The notes under the pieces: generated by a model
Database searches by the model: none
Told to the model about the DNA's origin: nothing
The model's input: only the letters and a program-made list of their open reading frames with translations
Part shown: piece after piece, positions 1 through 10,083 of the stretch
Numbering within the stretch: position 1 is the first letter of the stretch
Layout of the letters: every line of letters starts with the position of its first letter
From: an uncultured bacterium
GTDB taxonomy: Bacteria; Bacteroidota; Ignavibacteria; Kapaibacteriales; UBA2268
Direction: 5' to 3'
Length of the DNA: 64,000 bases
Assembly (NCBI GenBank): GCA_942492935.1
Contig: OW818654.1
Location: 3,052,640 to 3,116,639 of the forward strand
Made by a program: the position numbers and the translations under genes

Positions 1-650
1 ATTCTGTCAGTTTTGACTGCTAAAGGAGCAATCAACGGATCGGGATACCAACCAGTTAAATCACCTGAAGCAATACCACTTGGACGGGTAGATACATTTG
101 GAGACAGCATTTCTTGCGTAATCGAGCCAGCTTCAATTGCTTCAAGGAATGCACCTTTTCTGATTCTTGGATTTGGTAGAGTACCAGTAAGGTCACCACC
201 CATATTTTTCACGACATCAGCTAACTTTTCTAAAGTAATTATTCCATCTTTTACATCTTCTGATATACCAGCAATTGCTGCTTTTTCTGCATACAAAGAA
301 GTGAATGATGGAGTTAGTAGTGTTCTTGGATATGAAGAACCATTACCGAGTGTGATTTGCAACCACATAGATTTGCTAAAGTCTAAAGTTGTTGGAAAGG
401 GATTAATTGAACCAAGATAAACATTAAAATAACCGTTATCCAATGGCACATTTTGAATTTCGCTCCACAATTGTGAGCCAGATGTTTGTGCAGTATAAAG
501 TTCAAATGTCATTTGAACTGGACCCTGCATAGGATTATTTGTTAAAGCGTCAATCAAGTTACCCTGATAATTGGTTACTCTATTTTGAGCATTCAAACCA
601 CCAGCAATTATGCTAAGTAATAAGAAACTGATTAGAAACAATCTTTTCAT
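1..650 (-). CDS. Partial CDS (start codon at 650, runs off the window at position 1). Secreted protein with a signal peptide and an N-terminal domain related to the fibre-protein family at 3687-16421.
   Basis: Reverse-strand translation from ATG at 648-650: MKRLFLISFLLLSIIAGGLNAQNRVTNYQGNLID...LWSEIQNVPLDNGYFNVYLGSINPF...WLQITLGNG. Same motif order as the ISWQGILQD...LW.ETH...NG..NL.LGSV.PF...YWLE N-domain of the plus-strand paralogs. The ORF 13..420(+) in the supplied track is its shadow. Confidence 0.55.
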   Translation of the reverse strand, partial: MKRLFLISFLLLSIIAGGLNAQNRVTNYQGNLIDALTNNPMQGPVQMTFELYTAQTSGSQLWSEIQNVPLDNGYFNVYLGSINPFPTTLDFSKSMWLQITLGNGSSYPRTLLTPSFTSLYAEKAAIAGISEDVKDGIITLEKLADVVKNMGGDLTGTLPNPRIRKGAFLEAIEAGSITQEMLSPNVSTRPSGIASGDLTGWYPDPLIAPLAVKTDR

Positions 651-716
651 TTAGGATACTCCTAATAATTAATTTTACAAAATTTTTTAATTTTATTTTT
701 ATAAATTGAAATAACT

Positions 717-1310
717 TTATTTTGCAATTACCATGATATTATGCAAAATATAGTTGTTTGAAGCATTTGAACCAGACAAGTCGCCATGATTCACTTGCAT
801 TTCGTACATATAGGCACCAGAACCTACCTGAATACCATTATCGTTTTTTGTATCCCAGATTACAGAATATTTCCCAACTGAATTATAAGTATTAACGAGT
901 GTTTTTACTTCATTTCCTAACATATCATAAATCTTGAGAGTTACATTGCCTCCATTCTTGATGTTATATTCTATTGTAGTTGAAAAATTTACTGGATTTG
1001 GATAGTTAAATAAATCTCTTTTGTTGATTAATGTTTGACTTTCAACACTTGATTCTTTCTTTGGCTCTGGTACCCAAAAGCCCTGGTTTAAATTGTAATT
1101 TGTTGAACCTGGAACTAAATTTATTACATATCCAATAACAAATTGACCAGCTAAAATGTTTATTTTAATATCCTTTGAATTTGATATACCAACCATACCT
1201 CCATTTCCAAAAACCGATTTCTTTAATAGTGTGCTTTGAGAATTGCTTTTCATTGTAACTATTGAAAATATTATTGCTATTAACCAGAAAAAAATACTAA
1301 ATTTTTTCAT
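717..1310 (-). CDS. Small secreted protein with a T9SS (Por) C-terminal sorting domain
   Basis: Signal peptide. C-terminus LFNYPNPVNFSTTIEYNIKNGGNVTLKIYDMLGNEVKTLVN...GKYSVIWDTKNDNGIQVGSGAYMYEMQV matches the T9SS CTD consensus (NYPNPF...IYD..G..V..L......G.......WD......SG.Y.Y). Confidence 0.7.
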   Translation of the reverse strand: MKKFSIFFWLIAIIFSIVTMKSNSQSTLLKKSVFGNGGMVGISNSKDIKINILAGQFVIGYVINLVPGSTNYNLNQGFWVPEPKKESSVESQTLINKRDLFNYPNPVNFSTTIEYNIKNGGNVTLKIYDMLGNEVKTLVNTYNSVGKYSVIWDTKNDNGIQVGSGAYMYEMQVNHGDLSGSNASNNYILHNIMVIAK

Positions 1311-1815
1311 TTTAAATCTCCTATGATAATTATTTAAAACTTTACTATTTTACAAAAATTAATTATTTCAAATCAAATTCTTGAATATTCTACAATAATG
1401 ACACAATCAGTATTGTTATTCAATTTTAAAATTAACTCAAGAAATTTACTTGAATATTGAATTCATTCAAATTTCTGCTATTAATTTAACAAAGCAAAGT
1501 TATGCTAATTTGGTATAGGAAGTGTTACAATTCAGGGGAAATAAGTTATATAATTCACTTATTGAATTCAATTTTACTTTTCAATCGAACAAATTAATCA
1601 TGATAGAATTTGTCAAAGAATAAAAATTATTAGTGAAAGATTGGTGCTAATTCAATACTAATTTCAAATTTGAAGGAATTTACATTCATCTAAATTTATG
1701 GGATTTAAGAAGTTCAGAATTGAATGATTGGATTTTTTTAATATCTTTATTATTTTTTTCGAGTTAATTTTTCACAAATATCAAATTGGATTAAAAGTAA
1801 TAATCATAAATGTGC

Positions 1816-1848
1816 AAAAAAAATCCTCTAAATAGAGGATTTTTTTTG
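1816..1848. terminator. Bidirectional rho-independent terminator (downstream of rho)
   Basis: aaaaaaaatcctcta-aat-agaggatttttttt: 9-bp stem flanked by an A-run and a T-run. Confidence 0.6.
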
Positions 1849-1858
1849 TTTATTAGTT

Positions 1859-3220
1859 TTAACTATTCATCTGAGTTAAAAAATCTCTGTTTTGACGTTT
1901 AGTTTTTAATCTATCTAACAAGAATTCCATAGCTTCAACAGACGACATTTCAGAGAGAACTTTTCTTAAAATCCAAACTCTGTTCAATTCATCATAATCA
2001 TAAAGCATTTCTTCTTTTCTTGTACCAGAACGATTAACATCAATAGCTGGAAATATTCTACGTTCAGAAAGTTTTCTATCAAGAACAAGTTCCATATTAC
2101 CAGTACCTTTGAATTCTTCAAAAATTACTTCATCCATACGGCTACCTGTTTCAACAAGTGCAGTTGCAATAATAGTTAATGAACCACCTTCTTCAATATT
2201 TCTTGCCGCTCCAAAGAATCTCTTAGGTTTATGTAAAGCATTGGCGTCAACACCACCTGATAAAATCTTGCCTGAGTGAGGTACAACTGTATTATGCGCT
2301 CTTGCTAATCTTGTAATAGAGTCAAGCAATATAACAACATCAAGTTTAGCTTCTACTAAGCGTTTGGCTTTTTCCAAAACCATATCAGCAACTTGAACGT
2401 GTCTTTCAGGTGGCTCGTCAAAAGTAGAAGATACAACTTCTGCTCTTACCGACCTTTCCATATCTGTAACTTCTTCAGGGCGTTCGTCAATTAGTAATAC
2501 AATTAAAACAACTTCGGGGTGATTATGAGTGATACTATTTGCAATTTGTTGAAGTAGAATTGTTTTACCTGATTTTGGTGGCGAAACAATCAAACCTCTC
2601 TGTCCTTTACCAATAGGACTTAACAAGTCCACTACTCTCATCGAATACTCACTTGGAGCTTTCTCAAGTCTTAATCTTTCATTTGGATATAAAGGAGTAA
2701 GATTATCAAAATGAACACGCTCACGGAGTTTCTCTGGGTCCGTATAATTTACAGATTCAACTTTGAGCATAGCGTAAAATCTTTCACCTTCTTTGGGTGG
2801 TCTTACAGCACCTTTGATAACATCGCCTGTTTTTAGTACAAATTTTTTAATTTGAGAAGGGGAAACATAAATATCATCTGGTGATGATAAATAATTATAA
2901 TCAGGAGACCTCAAAAATCCATATCCATCGGGTAAGACTTCAAGTACACCACCACTCATAATGATGCCTTCAAGTTGTTGTTCCTTTTGGGTTGATGTCG
3001 ATTGCATTTCGACAATCTTCATAATAAGTTCTTGTTTTCTTAGATCGGAAAAATTAGAGATGCCTAAATTCTTTGCGATAGTAGTAAGCTCGGCAATTTT
3101 CTTCGACTTAAGTACATTGATATCAATGACTGAAGCTTGAACAAGAGGAGCAGGGGCAACTGGCATTGGGGTTGTAACTTTCCCGTCGTTTTTAGTAGAG
3201 TTTTCTTCCATAAAACACAT
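1859..3220 (-). CDS. rho: Transcription termination factor Rho
   Basis: N-terminal Rho domain ([31 protein letters not shown]) and an RNA-binding OB domain. RecA-like ATPase motifs are present ([14 protein letters not shown]; Q/R loops), ending ...NRDFLTQMN. The ~35-aa N-terminal extension is as in Bacteroidota Rho. Confidence 0.9.
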   Translation of the reverse strand: MCFMEENSTKNDGKVTTPMPVAPAPLVQASVIDINVLKSKKIAELTTIAKNLGISNFSDLRKQELIMKIVEMQSTSTQKEQQLEGIIMSGGVLEVLPDGYGFLRSPDYNYLSSPDDIYVSPSQIKKFVLKTGDVIKGAVRPPKEGERFYAMLKVESVNYTDPEKLRERVHFDNLTPLYPNERLRLEKAPSEYSMRVVDLLSPIGKGQRGLIVSPPKSGKTILLQQIANSITHNHPEVVLIVLLIDERPEEVTDMERSVRAEVVSSTFDEPPERHVQVADMVLEKAKRLVEAKLDVVILLDSITRLARAHNTVVPHSGKILSGGVDANALHKPKRFFGAARNIEEGGSLTIIATALVETGSRMDEVIFEEFKGTGNMELVLDRKLSERRIFPAIDVNRSGTRKEEMLYDYDELNRVWILRKVLSEMSSVEAMEFLLDRLKTKRQNRDFLTQMNS

Positions 3221-3686
3221 TTATTAGTTAATAAATTAATAATTTTCAATTTCAATATAAGAATAAATCGGTCTGATAGCTAATAAGGAGTATTTTGAAG
3301 TAGTTGATGAAATTTGCTATTAACTTAATTATTCTATTTCATACAATTATAAATTAGTATTAAAATATCCGTTTAAAATAACTGAATATTGCTTTACTCA
3401 AATGAATATCGCAACACTACTAATTTAACTATTTTTTCTTATTTAAAAAAAATATTTTTTTTGTTTTTAATATTTTTACAAAATTTTTGGGATATTTTAT
3501 TCCAATAGCCATTAAAAGATTATACATTTACAGGTTTTCAAATATTCATATAACAATTATTCAAATATCTAATAAAACAAACCCTATTTGTCATTTATTA
3601 ACAAAAATTAATTAGAAAAATTAAATATTTTTTATATGTTTGAATAATGCCTCAGTGTTCTTTTAATAACTATTTGGTGAAAAATT

Positions 3687-6600
3687 ATGTTCAAAAATTC
3701 AATTTACTTAGTATCATTCTTTATTGCAATTTCATTATTCTCACAAGTCAGCAATCAAATCAGCTGGCAAGGTATTCTTCAAGATGCCCAGGGCAATAAT
3801 CTTAATGGAACATTTAATATTAATGTTAAAGTTTTCAACTCAGAGTTTGGCGGAATGACAATGTGGCAAGAGACCCATCTCAATAAAAATATTGAAAATG
3901 GTTTTGTCAACTTACAATTGGGTAGTGTTTATCCATTCACTCTAAATTTCAAAGAAAACTATTGGCTTGAATTTACTATTAATGAAGGTACACCACTGAA
4001 TAGAATAAAAATGTCATCAGTACCTTATGCTAATTATGCACTGAATTCAGGCAATACCGGTTGGGGTTTAACTGGTAATGATGGAACAGAGACAAATATA
4101 AATTTCATTGGAACAACAGATAATCAAGGATTAGACTTTCGAACTTTCTATAAATTAAATCTTCGTTTAACTACCCAAGGACAACTTGAATTTCATAACA
4201 CTGGCAACTCAATATTTATTGGTGAAGGTGCTGGAGATAATGATGATTTAAGTGATAATTATAATTCATTTGTTGGCTTCCAATCAGGAAAATCAAACAC
4301 TGATGGTTATCATAATAATGCATTTGGTGCTTTATCGCTTAATGATAATATTTCTGGAACAAGCAATAATGCATTTGGTTTTAGTGCATTAAGAAATAAT
4401 ATTGATGGGTCTAATAATTCAGCTTTCGGCGAATCTTCCTTACAATCAAATGTGTCAGGAAATTTCAATACTGCATTTGGTGCATCTTCATTAGTATTTT
4501 CTACATCGGGTTCAGGAAATACTTCTATTGGTGCAGTTTCACTATTAAATAATTCAACTGGTTCCTATAATGTAGCAATAGGAAAAGATGCATTATATTC
4601 TAATAACAAAGGAGATTCTACCGTAGCAATTGGTTTTAGAGCAATGTTTTATATCTATAATCAAAATACTGCATTTACAAGTTATAGTACTGCAATTGGA
4701 ACTGAAGCATTGAGAGGTTCGTCAACTCCTTTGAATAATACTGGTATTGAAAATACAGCAATTGGCTTTAAAACACTTTTGAATAATAGTTCTGGTTTTG
4801 GCAATACAGGTGTAGGAACAAAAGTTTTGATAGATAATACAACAGGTGATATAAATGCTGGATTTGGAACTTATGCTCTAAATGCAAATACAGTAGGGAA
4901 TAATAATAGTGCATTTGGTGGTAGAGCATTAATATCTAACAAGTCTGGAGATAATAATACTGCAATAGGTTCTGGAACAATGCTATTTAATCTAACAGGT
5001 AATTCTAATATAGCAATTGGAAATGATGCACTTACATATAATAATAGTGCCGATTCAATCATTGCAATTGGTTTTAGAGCAATGTTTTATGCAAATAATT
5101 CTGAAAATCTAACATCAACTGAAAATACAGCAATTGGTACAGAAGCCTTGAGAGGTTCTGTAATTGCATCAAATAATACCGGTACCGGAAATACAGTTGT
5201 TGGATTTAAATCTATGATAAGCAACACTTCTGGTTATCAAAACTCTGCATTAGGGGTTTATACATTATTTTCAAATACAACAGGGTATAGAAATTCAGCA
5301 ATTGGCTTTGAAGCATTAAAAAATAATACTACAGGACATAGTAACTCTGCATTTGGTTATAATTCTCTCAAAAACAATAGTTTAGGTGATAATAACTCAG
5401 CATTTGGAAAAAGTAGTTTAATTTCAAACACTACAGGTAGGAACAATACAGCCATCGGCTCATCATCCTTAAATACAAATTCTTCGGGCAACAACAATAT
5501 TGCAATTGGTTTGCTTTCCCAGTATTCCAACGATACTTCATCTTATAACTTATCAATAGGTAATTTATCTTTATTCAATAATAAATCGGGCAAACGTAAT
5601 ATCGCTATAGGTGATTCATCTCTCTACACATTGGGATTACAATCTGATATACTCATTGATAATAATATTGCAATTGGTTTTAAATCTTTAAAAAAACTTG
5701 ATTTTTATGGAGCTGAAGGAAATATTGCAATAGGTTCTTTTTCTTTGAGCAACTTAAAAAATGGTTTTTACAATATTGCAATTGGATTAGACGCAATGTT
5801 AAATTCAGATTCAGCTTATTCATCTATTGCTATTGGATTCAATTCATTATTAGATAACAATGGTGCCAATAATATTGCAATTGGCACAAACTCACTTCGT
5901 TCAAATACAATTGGAGAATATAATATAGCCATTGGAGAACATTCTCTTTACGTTAATGAAGAAGGGTTTGAGAATATTTCTATGGGAGCTTATTCTGGGG
6001 CAAAAATTGGTAGTAAGAACATTGTAATTGGACATGAATCTGGTAGTAAGGGATTATTGGGTTTTGCACCAGCCATTTTTGATGGTTGTACTTTGATAGG
6101 AAACAATATAAGGGTTGCTGATTCTATTGCTAATAGTTCTGCTTTAGGTTTTTATGCTTCTGTTTTTGATAGCAACCAGATAAGAATTGGAAATTGGGAT
6201 GTTGAAAGTATAGGTGGTTATACTAATTGGACAAATCTTTCAGATGGAAGATTCAAGAAGAACATAAATGAAAATGTTCCTGGATTAAGTTTCATAAAAA
6301 AATTGAGAACCATTACTTACAATTTAGATACTGAATCAATTAAGAAAGCACTAAATTTGCCTGATTCATTAAAATATCTATATAACAATCCAAATAAATC
6401 AAAAATATTACAAACGGGATTTATTGCACAAGAAGTGGAAGAAGCTGCAAAACAAATCGGATTTGACTTCAGCGGTGTTGATAAACCAAAAAATGAAAAA
6501 GGTTTCTATGGCTTGCGTTATGCTGAATTTGTTGTTCCATTAGTAAAAGCAGTACAAGAGCAACAAAGTATTATTGAAATGCAAAACAAGAAAATTGAAT

Positions 6601-6698
6601 TACAGAATGAAAAAATAAATAATCAACAAAGTCAAATTCAAGATTTAGAAAATAAATATCAACAATTAATGAATATTATTTCAAACCAAAATAAATAG
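3687..6698 (+). CDS. Secreted tail-fibre-like protein 1. Conserved N-domain, ~16-17-aa Asn/Gly-rich repeats (N.A.G..SL..N..G) and a C-terminal intramolecular chaperone / peptidase S74-like domain with a coiled coil.
   Basis: Signal peptide. N-domain ISWQGILQDAQGNNLNG...MWQETH...NGFVNLQLGSVYPF...YWLEF. Long run of NTAIG/SAFG repeats. C-terminus WTNLSDGRFKKNI...GLSFIKKLRTITY...GFIAQEVEEAAKQIGFDFSGVDKP...YGLRYAEFVVPLVKAVQEQQ, then heptad-like QNKKIELQNEKINNQQSQIQDLENKYQQL. Confidence 0.85.
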   Translation: MFKNSIYLVSFFIAISLFSQVSNQISWQGILQDAQGNNLNGTFNINVKVFNSEFGGMTMWQETHLNKNIENGFVNLQLGSVYPFTLNFKENYWLEFTINEGTPLNRIKMSSVPYANYALNSGNTGWGLTGNDGTETNINFIGTTDNQGLDFRTFYKLNLRLTTQGQLEFHNTGNSIFIGEGAGDNDDLSDNYNSFVGFQSGKSNTDGYHNNAFGALSLNDNISGTSNNAFGFSALRNNIDGSNNSAFGESSLQSNVSGNFNTAFGASSLVFSTSGSGNTSIGAVSLLNNSTGSYNVAIGKDALYSNNKGDSTVAIGFRAMFYIYNQNTAFTSYSTAIGTEALRGSSTPLNNTGIENTAIGFKTLLNNSSGFGNTGVGTKVLIDNTTGDINAGFGTYALNANTVGNNNSAFGGRALISNKSGDNNTAIGSGTMLFNLTGNSNIAIGNDALTYNNSADSIIAIGFRAMFYANNSENLTSTENTAIGTEALRGSVIASNNTGTGNTVVGFKSMISNTSGYQNSALGVYTLFSNTTGYRNSAIGFEALKNNTTGHSNSAFGYNSLKNNSLGDNNSAFGKSSLISNTTGRNNTAIGSSSLNTNSSGNNNIAIGLLSQYSNDTSSYNLSIGNLSLFNNKSGKRNIAIGDSSLYTLGLQSDILIDNNIAIGFKSLKKLDFYGAEGNIAIGSFSLSNLKNGFYNIAIGLDAMLNSDSAYSSIAIGFNSLLDNNGANNIAIGTNSLRSNTIGEYNIAIGEHSLYVNEEGFENISMGAYSGAKIGSKNIVIGHESGSKGLLGFAPAIFDGCTLIGNNIRVADSIANSSALGFYASVFDSNQIRIGNWDVESIGGYTNWTNLSDGRFKKNINENVPGLSFIKKLRTITYNLDTESIKKALNLPDSLKYLYNNPNKSKILQTGFIAQEVEEAAKQIGFDFSGVDKPKNEKGFYGLRYAEFVVPLVKAVQEQQSIIEMQNKKIELQNEKINNQQSQIQDLENKYQQLMNIISNQNK

Positions 6699-6704
6699 GA
6701 AATT

Positions 6705-9700
6705 ATGAAAAAAATCTTTACCCTTTTTATGTTTATACTTAGTATAAATCTAATTTCGCAAGTCAGCAATCAGATTAGTTGGCAAGGAATTCTACAAGAT
6801 GCTCAAGGCAATAATCTTAATGGCACATACAACATTAATGTTAAAATTTTTCGTGTACAGTTTGATGGTGGAGTACTTTGGCAAGAAACTCATTTTAACA
6901 AAAACATTGAGAATGGCTATGTAAATTTAATTTTAGGAAGTGTTAATCCATTTGATTTAGATTTCACGGAAACTTATTGGCTAGAATTTTCTGTTAATGG
7001 CGGAAATCCTTTAAGCAGAATAAAAATGACTTCTGTTCCTTATGCAAATTACGCATTAAATGTCCCAGACCCGGGTTGGAGTTTAACAGGAAATTCAGGC
7101 ACTCAAAGTGATACTAATTTTATTGGAACAATAGATAGCAATAATTTGGATTTTCGAACAAACAATATTTTGAATCTTAGATTGACAACAAAAGGTCAGC
7201 TTGAGTTCCATAATACAGGAAATTCAATTTTTATTGGTGAAGGTGCAGGTGCAAGTGATGATTTAGTTAATAACGGGAATATTTTTGTTGGATATAAAAG
7301 TGGTACATTGAATACCAATGGCACACACAACATAGGATTAGGTGGTTATTCATTAACTGATAATACAATTGGAGCTGCCAATACCGGACTTGGTTCTTCT
7401 TCATTAAGAAAAAATATTTCCGGCAGTTATAATGTTGCAGTTGGTTCAGGTGCTTTACAGGAAAATAAAGCAAGTTATAATACTGCAGTTGGAACTAATT
7501 CATTAACTTTGAATACTATTGGGTCTGAAAATTCAGCTTTAGGTCAAGATGCTTTATTTAATAATGTTTCCGGTATTGGGTCGGTAGCAATTGGCAGTAA
7601 AGCACTATACACTAATATTTCAGGCGATTCTTTAGTTGCAATAGGTCTCAATGCTATGCAGTATTCAAATAGTTCCGAAAATAAATTTTCATCATTTAAT
7701 ACTGCTGTCGGTACTGAGGCATTAAGGGGTTCTACACCATCCAACAATAATACAGGAACTGAAAATACTGCAATTGGTTTTAAAACACTATCAAATAATT
7801 CAAGTGGAGACGCAAATACCGCTGTTGGGTCTAAATCATTATACAAAAATGCAGTAGGGACTTACAATTCTGGATTTGGTACAAATGCAATTTATTCAAA
7901 TACTGAAGGAAACAGCAATAGTGCTTTGGGAAGTTATTCATTATCTTCGAATACTTTAGGTTCGGACAACATAAGTATCGGAACCAGAGCAATGTTTATG
8001 AATTCAACCGGAAATGCTAATGTTGCGATTGGAAAGGACGCATTAATTTCAAATGTTAGTGGGGATTCAATTGTAGCAATAGGATTCCTTTCTATGTACT
8101 ATGCTAATAACAGCAATAGCTTGTATTCAACGAAAAACACTGCAATTGGGACAATGGCATTAAGAGGTTCTACCACTACTCCAAATAATACCGGAGTAGA
8201 AAATACTGCAATTGGCTTTCAATCATTAATGAGCAATTCAAGTGGTTCAAATAACACAGCAATTGGAAATATGTCTCTGTTAAATAATGAAACAGGGAGT
8301 GATAATATTGCGATTGGAGATAGTGCTGCATTGTTGAATACCACCGGCAGTAAAAATGTTGCTATAGGCAATGGTTCTTTATATTCCAATGTTAGCGGAG
8401 ATTCAATTGTCGCTATTGGTTTTGGTGCTATGTATTATGCTTCGGACTACCCAACTTTAAGTGCAACCCAAAATACTGCTGTTGGAACATTCGCACTAAG
8501 AGGCTCAACAACTCCAAGTAAAAATAATGGCAAATATAATACTGCTATTGGGTTCAAAGCAATGATGAATAATGAATTTGGCCTCAATAATACTGCTCTT
8601 GGTAATATGGCTCTTACTTCTAATACATCTGGAAGGTACAACACAGCTGTTGGTTCAAATTCATTAGAAATGAATACAGAAGGCAATTCAAATGTAGCAA
8701 TAGGTGATTTATCAATGAACCACACTACAATTGGCTCTTATAATACTGCATTAGGTTCATCTTCACTTCTAAATAATACCGAAGGAAACTCAAATGTTGC
8801 TTTGGGGGTTTTATCAATGATGGCAAACACAATTGGTTCAAATAATACTGCATTAGGTACAAGCTCCTTATACAGTAATACAATAGGCAATAATAATATA
8901 TCAATAGGGGACAATTCATTATTTGATAATTCAACGGGTTCAAATAATACAGCAACTGGTACTAAGGCACTCGAATTCAACACTATTGGCAATAACAACT
9001 CTGCTCTTGGCTATCTATCGCTTAATAAAAATACATCAGGTATAAATAATGTTGCTCTTGGTTATAGAACAGTTTATAGTAATACAACTGGCAATTTTAA
9101 TACAGGTGTTGGGTCAGAAGCATTAACGTCAAATAAAACTGGCGAAGAAAATACAGCATTTGGAAGTAATGCTTTATATTCAAATACAACAGCCAGCCGA
9201 AATGTAGCAATTGGTAGTGACGCTCAATTATCTAACACAACCGGACATCACAATTCAGCATTAGGTCATTCAGCACTCGCTTCAAACACCACAGGAAATT
9301 ATAATACGGCAATAGCAAACGAAGTTTTGTATTCTAATACAATGGGACATAACAACACAGGTTTGGGGTATTCAGCATTATACAATAATACTACGGGTAG
9401 TGATAATACTTCAATTGGTTATCAATCATTAAATGCAAACACAAGTGGTGGTGAAAATGTTGCTCTTGGTAGAAGTGCGGGTAGTATTGGAGAAACTAAC
9501 TCTTCGAATACATACATAGGTTTTGATGCAGATAATAATGTTAATTCCTACACAAATAGTACTGCAATTGGTCATACTTCAAGAATTTCATCAGATAATC
9601 AAGTAAGAATAGGTAATTCGTCTGTAACTACAATTGGTGGATATACTAATTGGACAAATCTTTCAGATGCAAAATTTAAAAATAATGTGAGTAATAATGT

Positions 9701-10073
9701 ACCGGGATTAGATTTTATTTTGAAATTAAATCCTGTTACTTACAAACTAAATATTAGTCTTTTGAATTCCTATTTGAATATACCAGATAGTTTAAGAAAC
9801 CTACAAAATGAATCTGCAAAAGCAAATTTACTTCAAACGGGCTTTATTGCTCAAGAAGTGGAAGAAGCGGCAAAGCAAATCGGATTTGACTTTAGCGGTG
9901 TTGATAAACCAAAAAATGACAAAGATTTCTATGGTTTGCGATATGCGGAATTTGTTGTTCCATTAGTAAAAGCAGTTCAAGAACAGCAAAGTATTATTGA
10001 AATGCAAAACAAGAAAATTGAAGAACTTGAAAAGAAACTTGAATTAATAATTAAAAGCATTAAAAATGATTAA
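6705..10073 (+). CDS. Secreted tail-fibre-like protein 2. Same architecture as fibre 1, with a longer repeat core.
   Basis: N-domain ~75% identical to fibre 1. Repeats of the type SGxxNTAxGxxSLxxNTxG throughout. C-terminus WTNLSDAKFKNNV...GFIAQEVEEAAKQIGFDFSGVDKPKNDKDFYGLRYAEFVVPLVKAVQEQQSIIEMQNKKIEELEKKLELIIKSIKND. Start is 7 nt after the fibre 1 stop. Confidence 0.85.
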   Translation: MKKIFTLFMFILSINLISQVSNQISWQGILQDAQGNNLNGTYNINVKIFRVQFDGGVLWQETHFNKNIENGYVNLILGSVNPFDLDFTETYWLEFSVNGGNPLSRIKMTSVPYANYALNVPDPGWSLTGNSGTQSDTNFIGTIDSNNLDFRTNNILNLRLTTKGQLEFHNTGNSIFIGEGAGASDDLVNNGNIFVGYKSGTLNTNGTHNIGLGGYSLTDNTIGAANTGLGSSSLRKNISGSYNVAVGSGALQENKASYNTAVGTNSLTLNTIGSENSALGQDALFNNVSGIGSVAIGSKALYTNISGDSLVAIGLNAMQYSNSSENKFSSFNTAVGTEALRGSTPSNNNTGTENTAIGFKTLSNNSSGDANTAVGSKSLYKNAVGTYNSGFGTNAIYSNTEGNSNSALGSYSLSSNTLGSDNISIGTRAMFMNSTGNANVAIGKDALISNVSGDSIVAIGFLSMYYANNSNSLYSTKNTAIGTMALRGSTTTPNNTGVENTAIGFQSLMSNSSGSNNTAIGNMSLLNNETGSDNIAIGDSAALLNTTGSKNVAIGNGSLYSNVSGDSIVAIGFGAMYYASDYPTLSATQNTAVGTFALRGSTTPSKNNGKYNTAIGFKAMMNNEFGLNNTALGNMALTSNTSGRYNTAVGSNSLEMNTEGNSNVAIGDLSMNHTTIGSYNTALGSSSLLNNTEGNSNVALGVLSMMANTIGSNNTALGTSSLYSNTIGNNNISIGDNSLFDNSTGSNNTATGTKALEFNTIGNNNSALGYLSLNKNTSGINNVALGYRTVYSNTTGNFNTGVGSEALTSNKTGEENTAFGSNALYSNTTASRNVAIGSDAQLSNTTGHHNSALGHSALASNTTGNYNTAIANEVLYSNTMGHNNTGLGYSALYNNTTGSDNTSIGYQSLNANTSGGENVALGRSAGSIGETNSSNTYIGFDADNNVNSYTNSTAIGHTSRISSDNQVRIGNSSVTTIGGYTNWTNLSDAKFKNNVSNNVPGLDFILKLNPVTYKLNISLLNSYLNIPDSLRNLQNESAKANLLQTGFIAQEVEEAAKQIGFDFSGVDKPKNDKDFYGLRYAEFVVPLVKAVQEQQSIIEMQNKKIEELEKKLELIIKSIKND

Positions 10074-10083
10074 AGGTTAAAAA

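Noticed and set aside
13-420. Plus-strand 135-aa ORF
   Set aside because: Shadow ORF. The coding signal is on the minus strand, a partial fibre-family gene starting at 650. This ORF has no start context or motifs of its own.
3064-3255. 63-aa minus-strand ORF overlapping the rho 5' end
   Set aside because: Lies within rho in another frame. Low-complexity Leu/Lys-rich product.
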